The notes below the pieces were generated by a model. It saw only the letters and a list, made by a program, of their open reading frames with translations. It ran no database searches and was not told the DNA's origin. Positions 17,112 to 26,885 of a stretch of DNA of 64,000 nucleotides are shown piece by piece. Position 1 is the stretch's first letter; every line of letters begins with the position of its first letter. The position numbers and the translations under genes were made by a program. Origin of the DNA: a virus (lineage: Duplodnaviria; Caudoviricetes); the IMG/VR virus record IMGVR_UViG_3300036803_000075, positions 1-64,000 of that record; one strand, 5' to 3'.

Positions 17112-17919
17112 GACAGGCCATCGCTGGGCATTGCTTCATTTTTTTTGATCGAGGAGCACAGCATGCGAGGGGGAGTGTGCCATTCTGTTCATGCCGCCGC
17201 ACCAGCGCGTACTTGTCACGAACCTCGGACGCAAAGGCTGCGTCATAAGGCACCTGGAACTCCAAGAGCCTCCATGGATACCCCATCCCCAAAAAGAGCA
17301 CGATGAACTGCCGGAGCCCGGTGATGTCCATGTACTCCTGGACTTGGGCGTAATACGGCAACCACTTCTTCCTGAACATCTCCAGGTCGTTGTCCTTGAG
17401 GGAGTCCATGTCCCGTACGGACGTGGTCTTGAACTCGAACCCCCCGATGCCCCACTGGGGAAGGGTCAGCTTGCCATCCATATGGCCGCGTCGCTTGAGA
17501 ATGGGATCCGCCGCACCGAACTCCCCGCACTGGCCCTTCTTCAAGCCCTGAGGCCTCTGACAGGCCGGGCAGGTGCCTGTCAGCTCGGCCATCCAACCGC
17601 CGTCGCGGATGCACATCTCGATGAAAGCGTGGATGGCAGTTCCCATCGTGACCGACATTCGGCCCTCGTAGGAGAGCCTCTCTGACGCCCACGCCTGCGG
17701 ATTGGTCAGATACTGATAGAGCTGCATTGGCTCCAACAGAGGGTGGGAGGACGGGTGGAACCAGCCGTCCGGTTCCCGAGCTTCGCCTGCCTTATAGAAG
17801 GGCACATTGAAGCGCTGGGGAAATTTCCCCTCGTACAGGTAAACGTGCAAGAGCGGCTTCAGCACGAGCCCCTCAGCAGCTTCCTTCACCAGGCTGCGGA
17901 AGTTCGGACTTCCCGTCAC
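17095..17919 (-). CDS. Cas4/RecB-like PD-(D/E)XK exonuclease
   Basis: GTAIH, GHMDG, EFKT, QVQEY motifs and Cys clusters. Confidence 0.75.
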   Translation of the reverse strand: MTGSPNFRSLVKEAAEGLVLKPLLHVYLYEGKFPQRFNVPFYKAGEAREPDGWFHPSSHPLLEPMQLYQYLTNPQAWASERLSYEGRMSVTMGTAIHAFIEMCIRDGGWMAELTGTCPACQRPQGLKKGQCGEFGAADPILKRRGHMDGKLTLPQWGIGGFEFKTTSVRDMDSLKDNDLEMFRKKWLPYYAQVQEYMDITGLRQFIVLFLGMGYPWRLLEFQVPYDAAFASEVRDKYALVRRHEQNGTLPLACCAPRSKKMKQCPAMACHVKRI

Positions 17920-18284
17920 TGGGAGGTCAACAAGCGGTAGTCGCGGATTTTCTCCTGCATTTCGGCGAAGTCATAGGCATCGACCACAACCAGGTCGTGG
18001 TCGACATCTAGCCTTTCGTTGTTGTAGAAACGAAGAGCGAGCATCGGACGCTCGGCTCCAGCCTGCTCACGAGCCTTTTCCCACATCTCCCGAGTGACGC
18101 TCACCGACTTCCCCAGCGTGCTCTTGCCGTCCCAGGCGAAAGCCCATTCCTCCAGCCGATGGTTCTGTCGACCGTCAATGGGGTCGTGCCATTGATTCCC
18201 AGACCCCTTGGCTCGCCTGCCCTTCAGGAGAGCGGCAAGGAAAATCTCGTGGGCATCACTCATACGCCGCAGCAGATTTTTCAT
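17916..18284 (-). CDS. PD-(D/E)XK nuclease / Hjc-like resolvase
   Basis: GSGNQW..IDG..WDGKST; start at the ATGA overlap, 18284. Confidence 0.6.
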   Translation of the reverse strand: MKNLLRRMSDAHEIFLAALLKGRRAKGSGNQWHDPIDGRQNHRLEEWAFAWDGKSTLGKSVSVTREMWEKAREQAGAERPMLALRFYNNERLDVDHDLVVVDAYDFAEMQEKIRDYRLLTSQ

Positions 18285-18712
18285 CCTTTGATCCCATTCT
18301 CCTGACAGCGGATCCAATACCCCTTAGAGCCTGGCTCCTCATCCATACCGCACGGTACGGGCCAGAGAACCACCTGCTCACCAGGCTCGATCGGACGCTG
18401 GTGACAGTCACAGATCGGGGCCTGCTGGCCGGAGCGAGGCTGGTAGACGAAGACCTTCGGGGGCAGTCGGTGATCCAGAGGCAACGGCTTGGAGGTCTTC
18501 AGGGGCTCGGTGAGCTTAGGCGGGTTGACCGGTTTCTGGACCGACTGGGGCAGGTCCAGGTGGGCGTCGACTGTGGGAAGCGGAGGGCGTAACGCTGACC
18601 GCAGAATCCCCATCACTCGTACGAGAACCATGAGGTTGACAGCGAGGCCAGCCAGTACCAGCAGATCGGCGAGCAGACAAACCAAGACCAGGGCTGCTTC
18701 AGTCGTCATCAT
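18281..18712 (-). CDS. membrane-anchored hypothetical protein
   Basis: N-terminal TM helix, Pro-rich linker, Cys motifs; start reassigned. Confidence 0.5.
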   Translation of the reverse strand: MMTTEAALVLVCLLADLLVLAGLAVNLMVLVRVMGILRSALRPPLPTVDAHLDLPQSVQKPVNPPKLTEPLKTSKPLPLDHRLPPKVFVYQPRSGQQAPICDCHQRPIEPGEQVVLWPVPCGMDEEPGSKGYWIRCQENGIKG

Positions 18713-19802
18713 GTGCTCCGTCGCTGTCGTAGGCCACTTCGGTCTCCTGCGGAACCTCATGGGCAACAGTGGCCAGAGCTGCTTCGCGCAGTACCTCGTA
18801 CGCTTTGCTGTTCCCCCGTAGGAAGTCTTTGATCTTGTCTCGGCCAATGATGGGCTTGGTCTGCCCTGGCAACGTGTACTGGCTGCCCTGGGGACTGTTT
18901 CTGGTAATGACACCCGTATTGATGCCTACGGTGACGGCCTCGTCAATGCGGTCGATGCCAATTGGACCGTGGGTAGGGGTGGACTGATTGATGATGTAAA
19001 AGGAGCCCGAGCGCCCCCAGGGAGCCACCTTGTTGCGAGACACCTTGGCGACGAACTGCTGACCTACCGTCTCCTTGTCATCACCACTGCCAAAAGTCAG
19101 AGGACTGGTGCCCCGGCGCATATCTACCCTCAGCGTGGTGGCGTACTTCATCGCCTTTGGCCCGGCAGACACATCTTGCATAGCCACGGGGGAGAAGTTC
19201 GCCCTGAGCTGGTTGATCAGCAGCACCGCGATGTTGTTCATCCGGGCCCGGGTCGCCATCCTCTTCACCATGCGCGTGATGATCTGAGCGTTCTTGCCCA
19301 TGTTCGATTCGCCGGCCTCCTTCTCAAAGGCCACCCGCGACTCCATGCCACCGACAGAGTCCAGCACGATCATGCTGAACAGCCGGCTGTCCGAGGCACG
19401 GGCCAACAGGTCCGCCGCGTGCTCGGAGTCATCCGCGTATTCATGGAAGAACCGCTTGGGGGAGGTATCCAACCCCAGAGCCTCGGCCCATTCGTACTCA
19501 AAGGTCTGCTCCATATCGATGTAGCAGACCCCTCGGTCCTTCACTAGCTGCTGAGCTTCCCTCATGGAGCAGATCGAGAGGGTGGTCTTGCCGACCCCTT
19601 CCTGCCCCACCAGCTCGTGCAGACGCCCCGAGGGCCACCCTCCTACCCGGGTGGCCATATCCAGCGTGAGAGAGCCTGTGGGGATGATCAGGCGCTTCAC
19701 TTGCTCTTCGCGACGGGTCAATGACGCGCCGTACGACTTCACCATCTGATCTCTGAACGCGGTCAAGGTGTTGGCCGGCTTGATGGGTTCTTTCGCTGCC
19801 AT
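18699..19802 (-). CDS. recA: RecA-like recombinase
   Basis: IPTGSLTLD, GQEGVGKTT, YIDME, VLDSV, INQLR motifs. Confidence 0.92.
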   Translation of the reverse strand: MAAKEPIKPANTLTAFRDQMVKSYGASLTRREEQVKRLIIPTGSLTLDMATRVGGWPSGRLHELVGQEGVGKTTLSICSMREAQQLVKDRGVCYIDMEQTFEYEWAEALGLDTSPKRFFHEYADDSEHAADLLARASDSRLFSMIVLDSVGGMESRVAFEKEAGESNMGKNAQIITRMVKRMATRARMNNIAVLLINQLRANFSPVAMQDVSAGPKAMKYATTLRVDMRRGTSPLTFGSGDDKETVGQQFVAKVSRNKVAPWGRSGSFYIINQSTPTHGPIGIDRIDEAVTVGINTGVITRNSPQGSQYTLPGQTKPIIGRDKIKDFLRGNSKAYEVLREAALATVAHEVPQETEVAYDSDGAHDDD

Positions 19803-19810
19803 AGGAACTC

Positions 19811-22800
19811 CTACCGAACGGGCTGGTAGTCAACGAGGTGATTACGTCCGTCATCCTCGTGCTTGATCTGTGCTACGCCGAAGGTTCCCACGGTGAGGTC
19901 ACGCGAGAAGCGTTCCCACAGTGGGGCGAAGACCGCAATGTCGAGGGTCTCCACCTCAGTCTCCATGGCTACGAATCCCATCGTGCGACCGGTGCTAGGC
20001 GGAACGTATGGACGAGCCTTGGTGATAATGCCGGCCACCACGTAATTCTTCACCGGAGCACCCGGCTGCGCGAGCGCCTGTGCGTACGAGAGCGTGAGCT
20101 GCCGATCCTCGGGCTGCAAGTCGTCGAAGGGGGTGCTGGACAGGTAGACCCCCAAGAGGTTCATCTCCAGCTCGCGGACCTGAGTCCGGCTGTACGGCTG
20201 GACGGCAGTGATATCCAACGGCGGGCTGGGCGTGAAGTTACGACAGGCCCGAGTGCACTTCTTCGGCAGCGGCTTGGGCTTGAGCGTTTTGCCGGTGCGT
20301 GGATTGATGTTCGGTGGCTCGGTGGACCAGTCGAAGGTGCAGGGCAAACCACCGGGGCCGTCGACCTCAGTATTTTTAAATACACACTGCGAGGCCGTCC
20401 CGTCCTTTTCGTTCTGAAGCAAGACCACCAGCCCCCGGCGGTTGGGGACCAGATCATCAAAGGCGCCTACTTGAGCGAGCAGTGACACCACTCCAGCATG
20501 AGTCGCACGGCCGCGCCGGCTGGTGAAGTCTTCCCAAGTCTCAAACTCCTGGTTTTCCAGAATCGACTTCACCGCCGCTGGCCCCACACCCTTGATGGAG
20601 TCGAGGCCATACCTCACACCAAGGTCCGCCGCCCGGAACCCTGTTCCGGACCGGTTGATGTCCGGAGGCAACACTGCGTACCCCATTCGCCTCGTCTCCT
20701 TGACGAAGTCGGGGATCCGATCCTTGTCCACCGTGGATAGGGCCATGGCAAGAAACTCCACCGGGAAGTGGAACTTGAGCCACGCCGTCCAGTAGGCCAG
20801 CGCCGCGTACGAGTAGGAGTGCGACTTGTTGAAGGCATATTTTGCGAACTCTGCCATCTGCAACCAGAGCTGCTCAGCAACCTCCCGGTCGATCGTGGCC
20901 CGAGAGACAAACTCCTGTCCCGCCTCCTGGGTCTTCTCGACCTTTTTCTTTCCTAGGATCCTGCGAACATCGTCGGCTTCGGTGGAGGTGTAGCCGGCCA
21001 GCTCCATTGTCGCGGCCATCACCTGCTCCTGGTAGATGATCGCCCCATACGTATCAGCGAGCACCGCCTCCAGCCGGGGATCCGGATAACTGACCTCCTC
21101 CTGCCCCGCACGTCGCCGTAGATAGGTCTCTGTCAGCCCCGAACGAGTCGGACCCGGGCGGACCAGCGTCATGATGTCGGCCAGCTCGGCCAAGCTCGTC
21201 GGCTGTACGCGCTTGACCAGCTGAGTACCCGCACGAGTTTCAATCTGGAAGATGCCCATCGTATGGGCCTCACAGATCTGCTCCCACACTTGCGGGTCCT
21301 CGTACTCGGCTCGCCAGTCGTCCGGCCAGACCTCCAGTCCTCGACGTTCCCGAATCAGGTCAATGGTGGCCTGAATGGTGTCCAGGTTCCGCAGCGTCAG
21401 GAGGTCTGCCTTGATGAATCCCAGCTGTTCCAGAGTCGCACCGTCGAGCTGGGTGACCATGTGCTCTTCGCCGCTCTCGTCCTTCACCGCGCGCATGGGA
21501 AGCTGATTCACCAGTGAGCCATCTGGAGAGATCACCATGCCGGCAGCATGCTGGCCGTACGTCCTGACCCGTCCTACGAGCCTGTCAGCCAGCTTGAAGA
21601 CTTCCGGGTACTTCTGCCGGTACGGCCTCAGAACGTCGTCATGCTGCGCCCACAGCGCCTCCCAGGACATTCCCAGGCCGGCGGTGTCAGCCTCTGCCAT
21701 GTCGATGATCTTGCAGACATCGTTCAGGTCCCCGAAGGCGTCTGCGGGCAGCTGACTCTTGAGCGTCATCCCCAAGCTCTTCACGATGCTCTTGTTCTTG
21801 TGCTTGAGGGAAGATCCCACCACGGCCACATTCTGATCGCCATACCGATCGCGGATGTACTGCTGCATCTCCCGCTTCTTCGAGGCTGGAAAGTCCACGT
21901 CGAAGTCCGGAAGGCTCATGCGACCTTCGGTTAGGAACCGCTCGAACAGCAGTCCAGAGTCCACGGGGTCCACCCCGGTAATGCCCAGGAGGTAGGCGAT
22001 AAGGCTGCCGGCCCCCGAGCCTCGGCCCGGTCCAATCAAGATCTTCTTCGACCGAGCGTACCGACAGTAATCCCATACCACCAGGAAGTAACCGCAGTAG
22101 TTCTTGTCCTTCAGCAGCTGGAACTCCTTGGCCAGCCGAGTTTCATAGACGCTGTGCGGATGCCTCTTGCCCACGGTCTTCGGCCAGGCCTTAAGGCACA
22201 GATCGAGGAGCCTGTCCTGATCAGCCTGATGGCCGCCGGTCTTGGAGTACACCGGCATGTCCTTGCGCGCCACGATCTTGGCCGTGCACTGTTCCGCAAT
22301 TCTGGCTGTGTTAGCGATAGCCACGTCAATGACATCTTCGGGAATTCCCTGCGATGCCAGATCTTGGCGGACCTCCTCTTCAGAGCTGATGTGGTAATCA
22401 TCTCCGCTGCCAAAAAGGCTGGAGTCCTCAGCGATGTCGCTGTTGGTCTGGGCACGCAGCCAGACCTGATGCGCGTACTTGTCGGTGGGCAGCTGGTAAT
22501 GGCTGTCCGCCGCCGCGATCATCGGGACGTTGTACTCCTGAGCCAACTCGATCAACCGGTGGTTGAGCGTCATCTGCAGCGGAGTCTGACCCGTCTGGAT
22601 CTCGATGTAGAAGTCTTCCCCGAAGATCTCCAGCAGCTGGCCCAGCCGGGCGCGCGTCGCAGTCGCTTCCTCTTCGGTGGGCTCACTTCGCTGCCCACCG
22701 AGACCGTGATGAGCCAACGGCCCCCGGAGACACGCGCTGGTGGCTATGAGCCCCTTGTGGTGGCGGCGAAGGGTGTCCCAGTCCAGCCGGGGCTTCTTGT

Positions 22801-23467
22801 ACTTGCCGTCCCGGTAGGACTCCGTAGATGCCGCCCAGAGGTTCCCTAAGCCCTCGTCATCCTTGGCAAGCAGGATCAGGTGCCAGTAGTCGCTCAGACG
22901 CTCCTGAGCCTCCTTATCGCCCGGAGCGGGCCTCTCCAGCCGGTCTTCGACGAAGTAGGCCTCCAGCCCGAAGATCGGCTTGATGCCGTGCTTGTCGGCC
23001 ACCAGCTGCAGGTCCGGGTGACCCGCGCAGATGCCGTGATCGGTTACGGCTACCGCACGCTGGCCATGACCTTTGACGGACTCCACCATCTCCTCGATGG
23101 TGGTAAGCCCATCCAGCGGCGAGTAATGCGAATGCGTGTGCAGATGAACGAAGGTGTCCTTCGTCGTGGCATCCGGGGGGATGACGAGATCTGACATCGA
23201 AGGGAAGTGGTCAAAATGGCGACCACCGTCAAGGAGGTTATACGTACCCTCGAAAGACTCACTTCGGGTAACGACAAAATCCTCGGCGGTGATCGCCCAC
23301 CAACCCTTATCAAACTCGTACACAATCCCCACCACACCGGCAGCTGATGCTCGCTGCCAGGTGGGGATTCGTAGCTCTATGTCTGCGGCTACCAACCACC
23401 GCAGACCAGAGTCATCCTCAACTACCCGGTTGCTCTCGTCCAGCTGCTCAATCGTCCTGGCAGACAC
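19811..23467 (-). CDS. dnaE: DNA polymerase III alpha subunit
   Basis: PHP domain HLHTHSHYSPLDG; GPGRGSGAGS; PDFDVDF; HAAG; YAFNKSHS. Confidence 0.95.
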   Translation of the reverse strand: MSARTIEQLDESNRVVEDDSGLRWLVAADIELRIPTWQRASAAGVVGIVYEFDKGWWAITAEDFVVTRSESFEGTYNLLDGGRHFDHFPSMSDLVIPPDATTKDTFVHLHTHSHYSPLDGLTTIEEMVESVKGHGQRAVAVTDHGICAGHPDLQLVADKHGIKPIFGLEAYFVEDRLERPAPGDKEAQERLSDYWHLILLAKDDEGLGNLWAASTESYRDGKYKKPRLDWDTLRRHHKGLIATSACLRGPLAHHGLGGQRSEPTEEEATATRARLGQLLEIFGEDFYIEIQTGQTPLQMTLNHRLIELAQEYNVPMIAAADSHYQLPTDKYAHQVWLRAQTNSDIAEDSSLFGSGDDYHISSEEEVRQDLASQGIPEDVIDVAIANTARIAEQCTAKIVARKDMPVYSKTGGHQADQDRLLDLCLKAWPKTVGKRHPHSVYETRLAKEFQLLKDKNYCGYFLVVWDYCRYARSKKILIGPGRGSGAGSLIAYLLGITGVDPVDSGLLFERFLTEGRMSLPDFDVDFPASKKREMQQYIRDRYGDQNVAVVGSSLKHKNKSIVKSLGMTLKSQLPADAFGDLNDVCKIIDMAEADTAGLGMSWEALWAQHDDVLRPYRQKYPEVFKLADRLVGRVRTYGQHAAGMVISPDGSLVNQLPMRAVKDESGEEHMVTQLDGATLEQLGFIKADLLTLRNLDTIQATIDLIRERRGLEVWPDDWRAEYEDPQVWEQICEAHTMGIFQIETRAGTQLVKRVQPTSLAELADIMTLVRPGPTRSGLTETYLRRRAGQEEVSYPDPRLEAVLADTYGAIIYQEQVMAATMELAGYTSTEADDVRRILGKKKVEKTQEAGQEFVSRATIDREVAEQLWLQMAEFAKYAFNKSHSYSYAALAYWTAWLKFHFPVEFLAMALSTVDKDRIPDFVKETRRMGYAVLPPDINRSGTGFRAADLGVRYGLDSIKGVGPAAVKSILENQEFETWEDFTSRRGRATHAGVVSLLAQVGAFDDLVPNRRGLVVLLQNEKDGTASQCVFKNTEVDGPGGLPCTFDWSTEPPNINPRTGKTLKPKPLPKKCTRACRNFTPSPPLDITAVQPYSRTQVRELEMNLLGVYLSSTPFDDLQPEDRQLTLSYAQALAQPGAPVKNYVVAGIITKARPYVPPSTGRTMGFVAMETEVETLDIAVFAPLWERFSRDLTVGTFGVAQIKHEDDGRNHLVDYQPVR

Positions 23468-23479
23468 GAGAGCCTCCGT

Positions 23480-24463
23480 TTACTGGCTGGAGTCCGAAAC
23501 TGAACTGGCGAGACGGGCGCGCATGGCGTCCAGCATCCCCTGGTCCAAGGCGTCCGGAGTGACGACCTGCTGACTGAGGGGAGCGCCAACTGCCTGCGGG
23601 GTGCTCTGATCCTCATCCTTACGGGCCCACGGATCCGGCTTGGTGATGTCGAAGAAGTGCTCGTAGTACTCATCGCTGGTCCGCTGGACAATGATCTCAC
23701 CCAGATCCAGGCCCTGTGCCTTGATTGCCTCTTCGTACTCGTTCCAGGCCGCCTGGCCAGGCTTACGGGTGGCAATCGGGTCCAGCGGGATGGGGTGGTA
23801 TTCCACGTCCGTTCCCGTACCGGCCCGGCGAATCGTGTAGTCGCGGTCCCGCACTGTCCGGTAGGCGAGATAGCAGCCGTGCAGCGCTCCGAAGAAGTTC
23901 TTGTAGCTCATGTTCACCACGACGAGCGACTTCTCCTGGATCGTACGTCCAGTCGGCTTCTTATCTGGACCAAGCTCGGTCACGTCACGAACCTTGTCCA
24001 ACATCCCCACCGCAGTGCCCAACGCCTCACTAGGAATGGGCTCGCCCTGCCAGTCGGGCTTATGGCTCGCCGCGATCAGCGCCTCGTCGGCCAGAATCTC
24101 TTCGCGTTCACACGCCAGCGCCCACACACGAGGGGTGGGGCTTGACTGCTTCCCGTAGAGATTCTGGAGCTTGTTGTCGCAGATATAGCAGTCCGAATAC
24201 ATGTCCAAGAACTGCTCGTCATGCCGGCACACCGTGGACAGGGACTTCGGCGGGTTCTTCAATCCCGGCCGCTGCGGCGGGATGTACATGTGCTGATTGA
24301 CGGTGATCCAGTCCGGGGCTTCCGTGAGGAAGCGGAGAATCGCTTGGTCTCCTGAATTCTTCAGGCTGAAGTAGTTGACTCTCGGACCCCGTGCGCCGCC
24401 GCCGCTGGCCTCGGAGGCCTGCTGAGCCTTATCGGCTCCCTTGTTCCACTTCGGAGCTGCCAC
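23480..24463 (-). CDS. single-stranded DNA-binding protein (gp32-like)
   Basis: FSLK..GD...LRFL, Zn motif (VC..CYIC), RRAGTG; position in replication operon. Confidence 0.65.
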   Translation of the reverse strand: MAAPKWNKGADKAQQASEASGGGARGPRVNYFSLKNSGDQAILRFLTEAPDWITVNQHMYIPPQRPGLKNPPKSLSTVCRHDEQFLDMYSDCYICDNKLQNLYGKQSSPTPRVWALACEREEILADEALIAASHKPDWQGEPIPSEALGTAVGMLDKVRDVTELGPDKKPTGRTIQEKSLVVVNMSYKNFFGALHGCYLAYRTVRDRDYTIRRAGTGTDVEYHPIPLDPIATRKPGQAAWNEYEEAIKAQGLDLGEIIVQRTSDEYYEHFFDITKPDPWARKDEDQSTPQAVGAPLSQQVVTPDALDQGMLDAMRARLASSVSDSSQ

Positions 24464-25277
24464 GTGTGACTCCTTGCACTTGCGCTGGTGGGTTTTTGTT
24501 AGCGTGGTATCGATACATTTTAAAAACTGCCTCGTCCGCGAGGTCTTCCGTGGAGATCAGGTCCACTCGGAGGAAGAACACAGGAACCCCATTGATGTAC
24601 TGGACGATCGTGGACCGGGAGTCCCGTGCGTGTATACCTACCGCAAAGTGCACCACCTCCTCCGCCCATGCCAGACGCTGCACCAACATCCGCTGCCAGG
24701 CCCCTAGCCCGATACCGCTGTCATCGGTGGTATCCAAGATATAAAAGGAATAGTCCCACGAGTGGTCCTCTTCGAGGGCTTGATCATAAGACCACTCGGG
24801 AGCGTCATTTTCAAGCCCCCCAGCCAACGTGTCGTCGAGGATTCTCAGGCCCTGCTGATCGAGCACCGACTCAGGAGTTACCGGTACGCCTGAGCGACTC
24901 CTACGGCCGGCCTCAGTCGCAGCACGACGCTTAATCTCCTCCTGGACGTACAGGTCATCCAGAAAGGGCTCGCCGAGCGGTGTGGAGTCGTACGCCCGCC
25001 GTACCTCGGGATTTAGAAGTTGCTTGAGCACATACGTCAGGCGACGCGAGTCCTGGCCGTCCAGGCGCTGATAAGCCTGCCGCAGTTCCTTTCGAGTGGC
25101 CTTCCAGTGCACATCCAGCTCGCGGTAATAGCCGTTCGCGTCCCAACACACCTGCACGAAGACAGAGAGTGCCACGCAGGAAGAGCACTCCAGTGGTCCA
25201 AAACCAATGGGCAGTGCGTCATTGACGATCCGGTGCGGATTCAGCCAAACCGGACCAGTGATCTCTGGAAGGCTCAC
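24429..25277 (-). CDS. DnaJ-like (J-domain) protein
   Basis: YYRELDVHWKATRKELRQAY...LLNPEVRRAYD; HPD motif absent. Confidence 0.7.
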   Translation of the reverse strand: MSLPEITGPVWLNPHRIVNDALPIGFGPLECSSCVALSVFVQVCWDANGYYRELDVHWKATRKELRQAYQRLDGQDSRRLTYVLKQLLNPEVRRAYDSTPLGEPFLDDLYVQEEIKRRAATEAGRRSRSGVPVTPESVLDQQGLRILDDTLAGGLENDAPEWSYDQALEEDHSWDYSFYILDTTDDSGIGLGAWQRMLVQRLAWAEEVVHFAVGIHARDSRSTIVQYINGVPVFFLRVDLISTEDLADEAVFKMYRYHANKNPPAQVQGVTRGSSEVEQGSR

Positions 25278-25289
25278 GCCAACGCGGTC

Positions 25290-25439
25290 TTACTGCTCGC
25301 CGTCGGCGTCGTCGTTTTCCTTCTGCAGTTCGCGCTGGTCCTCGACCGTCCATTCACCCGGGCGTCGGCTGGCGGTCTTCTGCATCTGCTGCTCGTCAGT
25401 TTCGGTCACCTGACCTTCACCGAATTTCTGGAACCCCAT
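25290..25439 (-). CDS. small acidic hypothetical protein
   Basis: MGFQKFGEG...QKTAS; AAGGGG RBS. Confidence 0.55.
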   Translation of the reverse strand: MGFQKFGEGQVTETDEQQMQKTASRRPGEWTVEDQRELQKENDDADGEQ

Positions 25440-25482
25440 AGTGTTGCCCCTTAGCCTTTTAAAATCTCTGCCCATTACTTCC

Positions 25483-26616
25483 CTACCGGCACAAGTGGCC
25501 CGGTTCGTTGATATTGCCACAGCGGTAACACAACAGCGTCTTAGGAGGACGCCACAGAGGAAAGGGTACGGCCTGTGCGATCAGCCTGACCACATCCTCT
25601 AGTTCCATGTCACCGGGGTCTGCCGCGTAGGGGTTATCCACCACCTGCACATCGGCATACTTAGCCAGGTAGTCGATCATCCCCTCACGCTGCTGCTTAC
25701 GGCCTTTCTTGCCGGTGTTCCAGACGCCTTCGGTGGCATTCCAGCCGGCCTGGTCGTTGTCCATCCACAACACAATCTTGCGGTGCTTAGCGAGAAGCGC
25801 CAGCTGCCCGGCGGTGACCGAGGCGCCAAAGGTCGCCTCCATATGCACCTCGTGAGCATGCTTGATCACCGACATCATCGACTCGACGATCACTACCTCG
25901 CCGGCTGATTCCTCGTAATTAAAAATTGTCTGGTCTTTGGGGAACCCCGTAGAGGAGAGATACTTCGGAGTTCCATCATCTGCCAGCCGGCGGGTCTGCC
26001 AGCCGGCGAGCTGTCCACGCCAGAAGTGCGGCAGCACTATGCGTTCCGAGGTCTTACCCCCACCGACCGAGTAGTGCTGCGCGTAGCCGATCTGAAAGTG
26101 CTCGAGGTTCTTCTGCGGGATGTGTCGGATCTCGGTCATGTACGGGTGGATCCACCGCCAGGGATCCAACGTCCGGCTGCTGTAGACGGGAATGGGTTCC
26201 TTCTTCTTCCCGTCCGCGTACAGCGCGTCCAGATACCGCAGCAGGTCGGCCAGCTCCATCACATGGCCGCCGATACCCATGGAATCCTGGAGCCACCGCC
26301 GCGCCTCAGTAGTAGAGCAGTGCTTCATCTCTCCGATGAACCAGAGCAAGCTTCCCGAAGCACCGCAGCCGAAGCAGTGAAACTTCAGCTCTTTAAATGA
26401 CAGGCCTCCGGTGGGATTCGCTCCCTGATCCTGGTGATAGACGGCTACCGGACACTCGAAGACCAGCCACTCATCGTTGCGGGTACGCCGCACATCAAGC
26501 CCGAACTCCTCCAGTAGCTCCCGGCAGAGCCGTTCCTTCTCATCACTGGGGAATGCCCGGTACTCGGCCATCTGATCTTCCGGAAGGCCTTTCCGGAAGA
26601 TGGGCGTTGTCGTCAT
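25483..26616 (-). CDS. dnaG: DNA primase
   Basis: CP..H..FHCFGC zinc-binding domain; PKYLSS; TOPRIM motifs VES and MDNDQAG. Confidence 0.85.
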   Translation of the reverse strand: MTTTPIFRKGLPEDQMAEYRAFPSDEKERLCRELLEEFGLDVRRTRNDEWLVFECPVAVYHQDQGANPTGGLSFKELKFHCFGCGASGSLLWFIGEMKHCSTTEARRWLQDSMGIGGHVMELADLLRYLDALYADGKKKEPIPVYSSRTLDPWRWIHPYMTEIRHIPQKNLEHFQIGYAQHYSVGGGKTSERIVLPHFWRGQLAGWQTRRLADDGTPKYLSSTGFPKDQTIFNYEESAGEVVIVESMMSVIKHAHEVHMEATFGASVTAGQLALLAKHRKIVLWMDNDQAGWNATEGVWNTGKKGRKQQREGMIDYLAKYADVQVVDNPYAADPGDMELEDVVRLIAQAVPFPLWRPPKTLLCYRCGNINEPGHLCR

Positions 26617-26885
26617 GAGGGGTCCTGGATCTGTTCGATCCAGTCGTACTGGCAGATGCGACAGAGACGGCACAGATGCTCAGGACCGTAGTCTTCGAGA
26701 TATTTAAATGACCTCCAGCACTTCATCCCCGGCTGGCTCATCTGGTGGTACGCCGTGTGGAGAGCGGAGGTGGTCATCAGCCGTACGGCACCGGTCTCTT
26801 CATCAGTCTCGACAAGGACCAGTGTCGTACCGCACTTGGGACAGATCCGGACACTCATAAACGGTGTCAACGTTGGCTCGGTCAT
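26613..26885 (-). CDS. small Zn-ribbon protein
   Basis: CPKC...EHLCRLCRIC; ATGA-coupled on both sides. Confidence 0.6.
   Translation of the reverse strand: MTEPTLTPFMSVRICPKCGTTLVLVETDEETGAVRLMTTSALHTAYHQMSQPGMKCWRSFKYLEDYGPEHLCRLCRICQYDWIEQIQDPS

Noticed and set aside
17095-17919. Cas4-like nuclease as an adaptation module of the array
   Set aside because: It lies 30 kb away inside the recA/ruvC operon, where such nucleases are routine in phages
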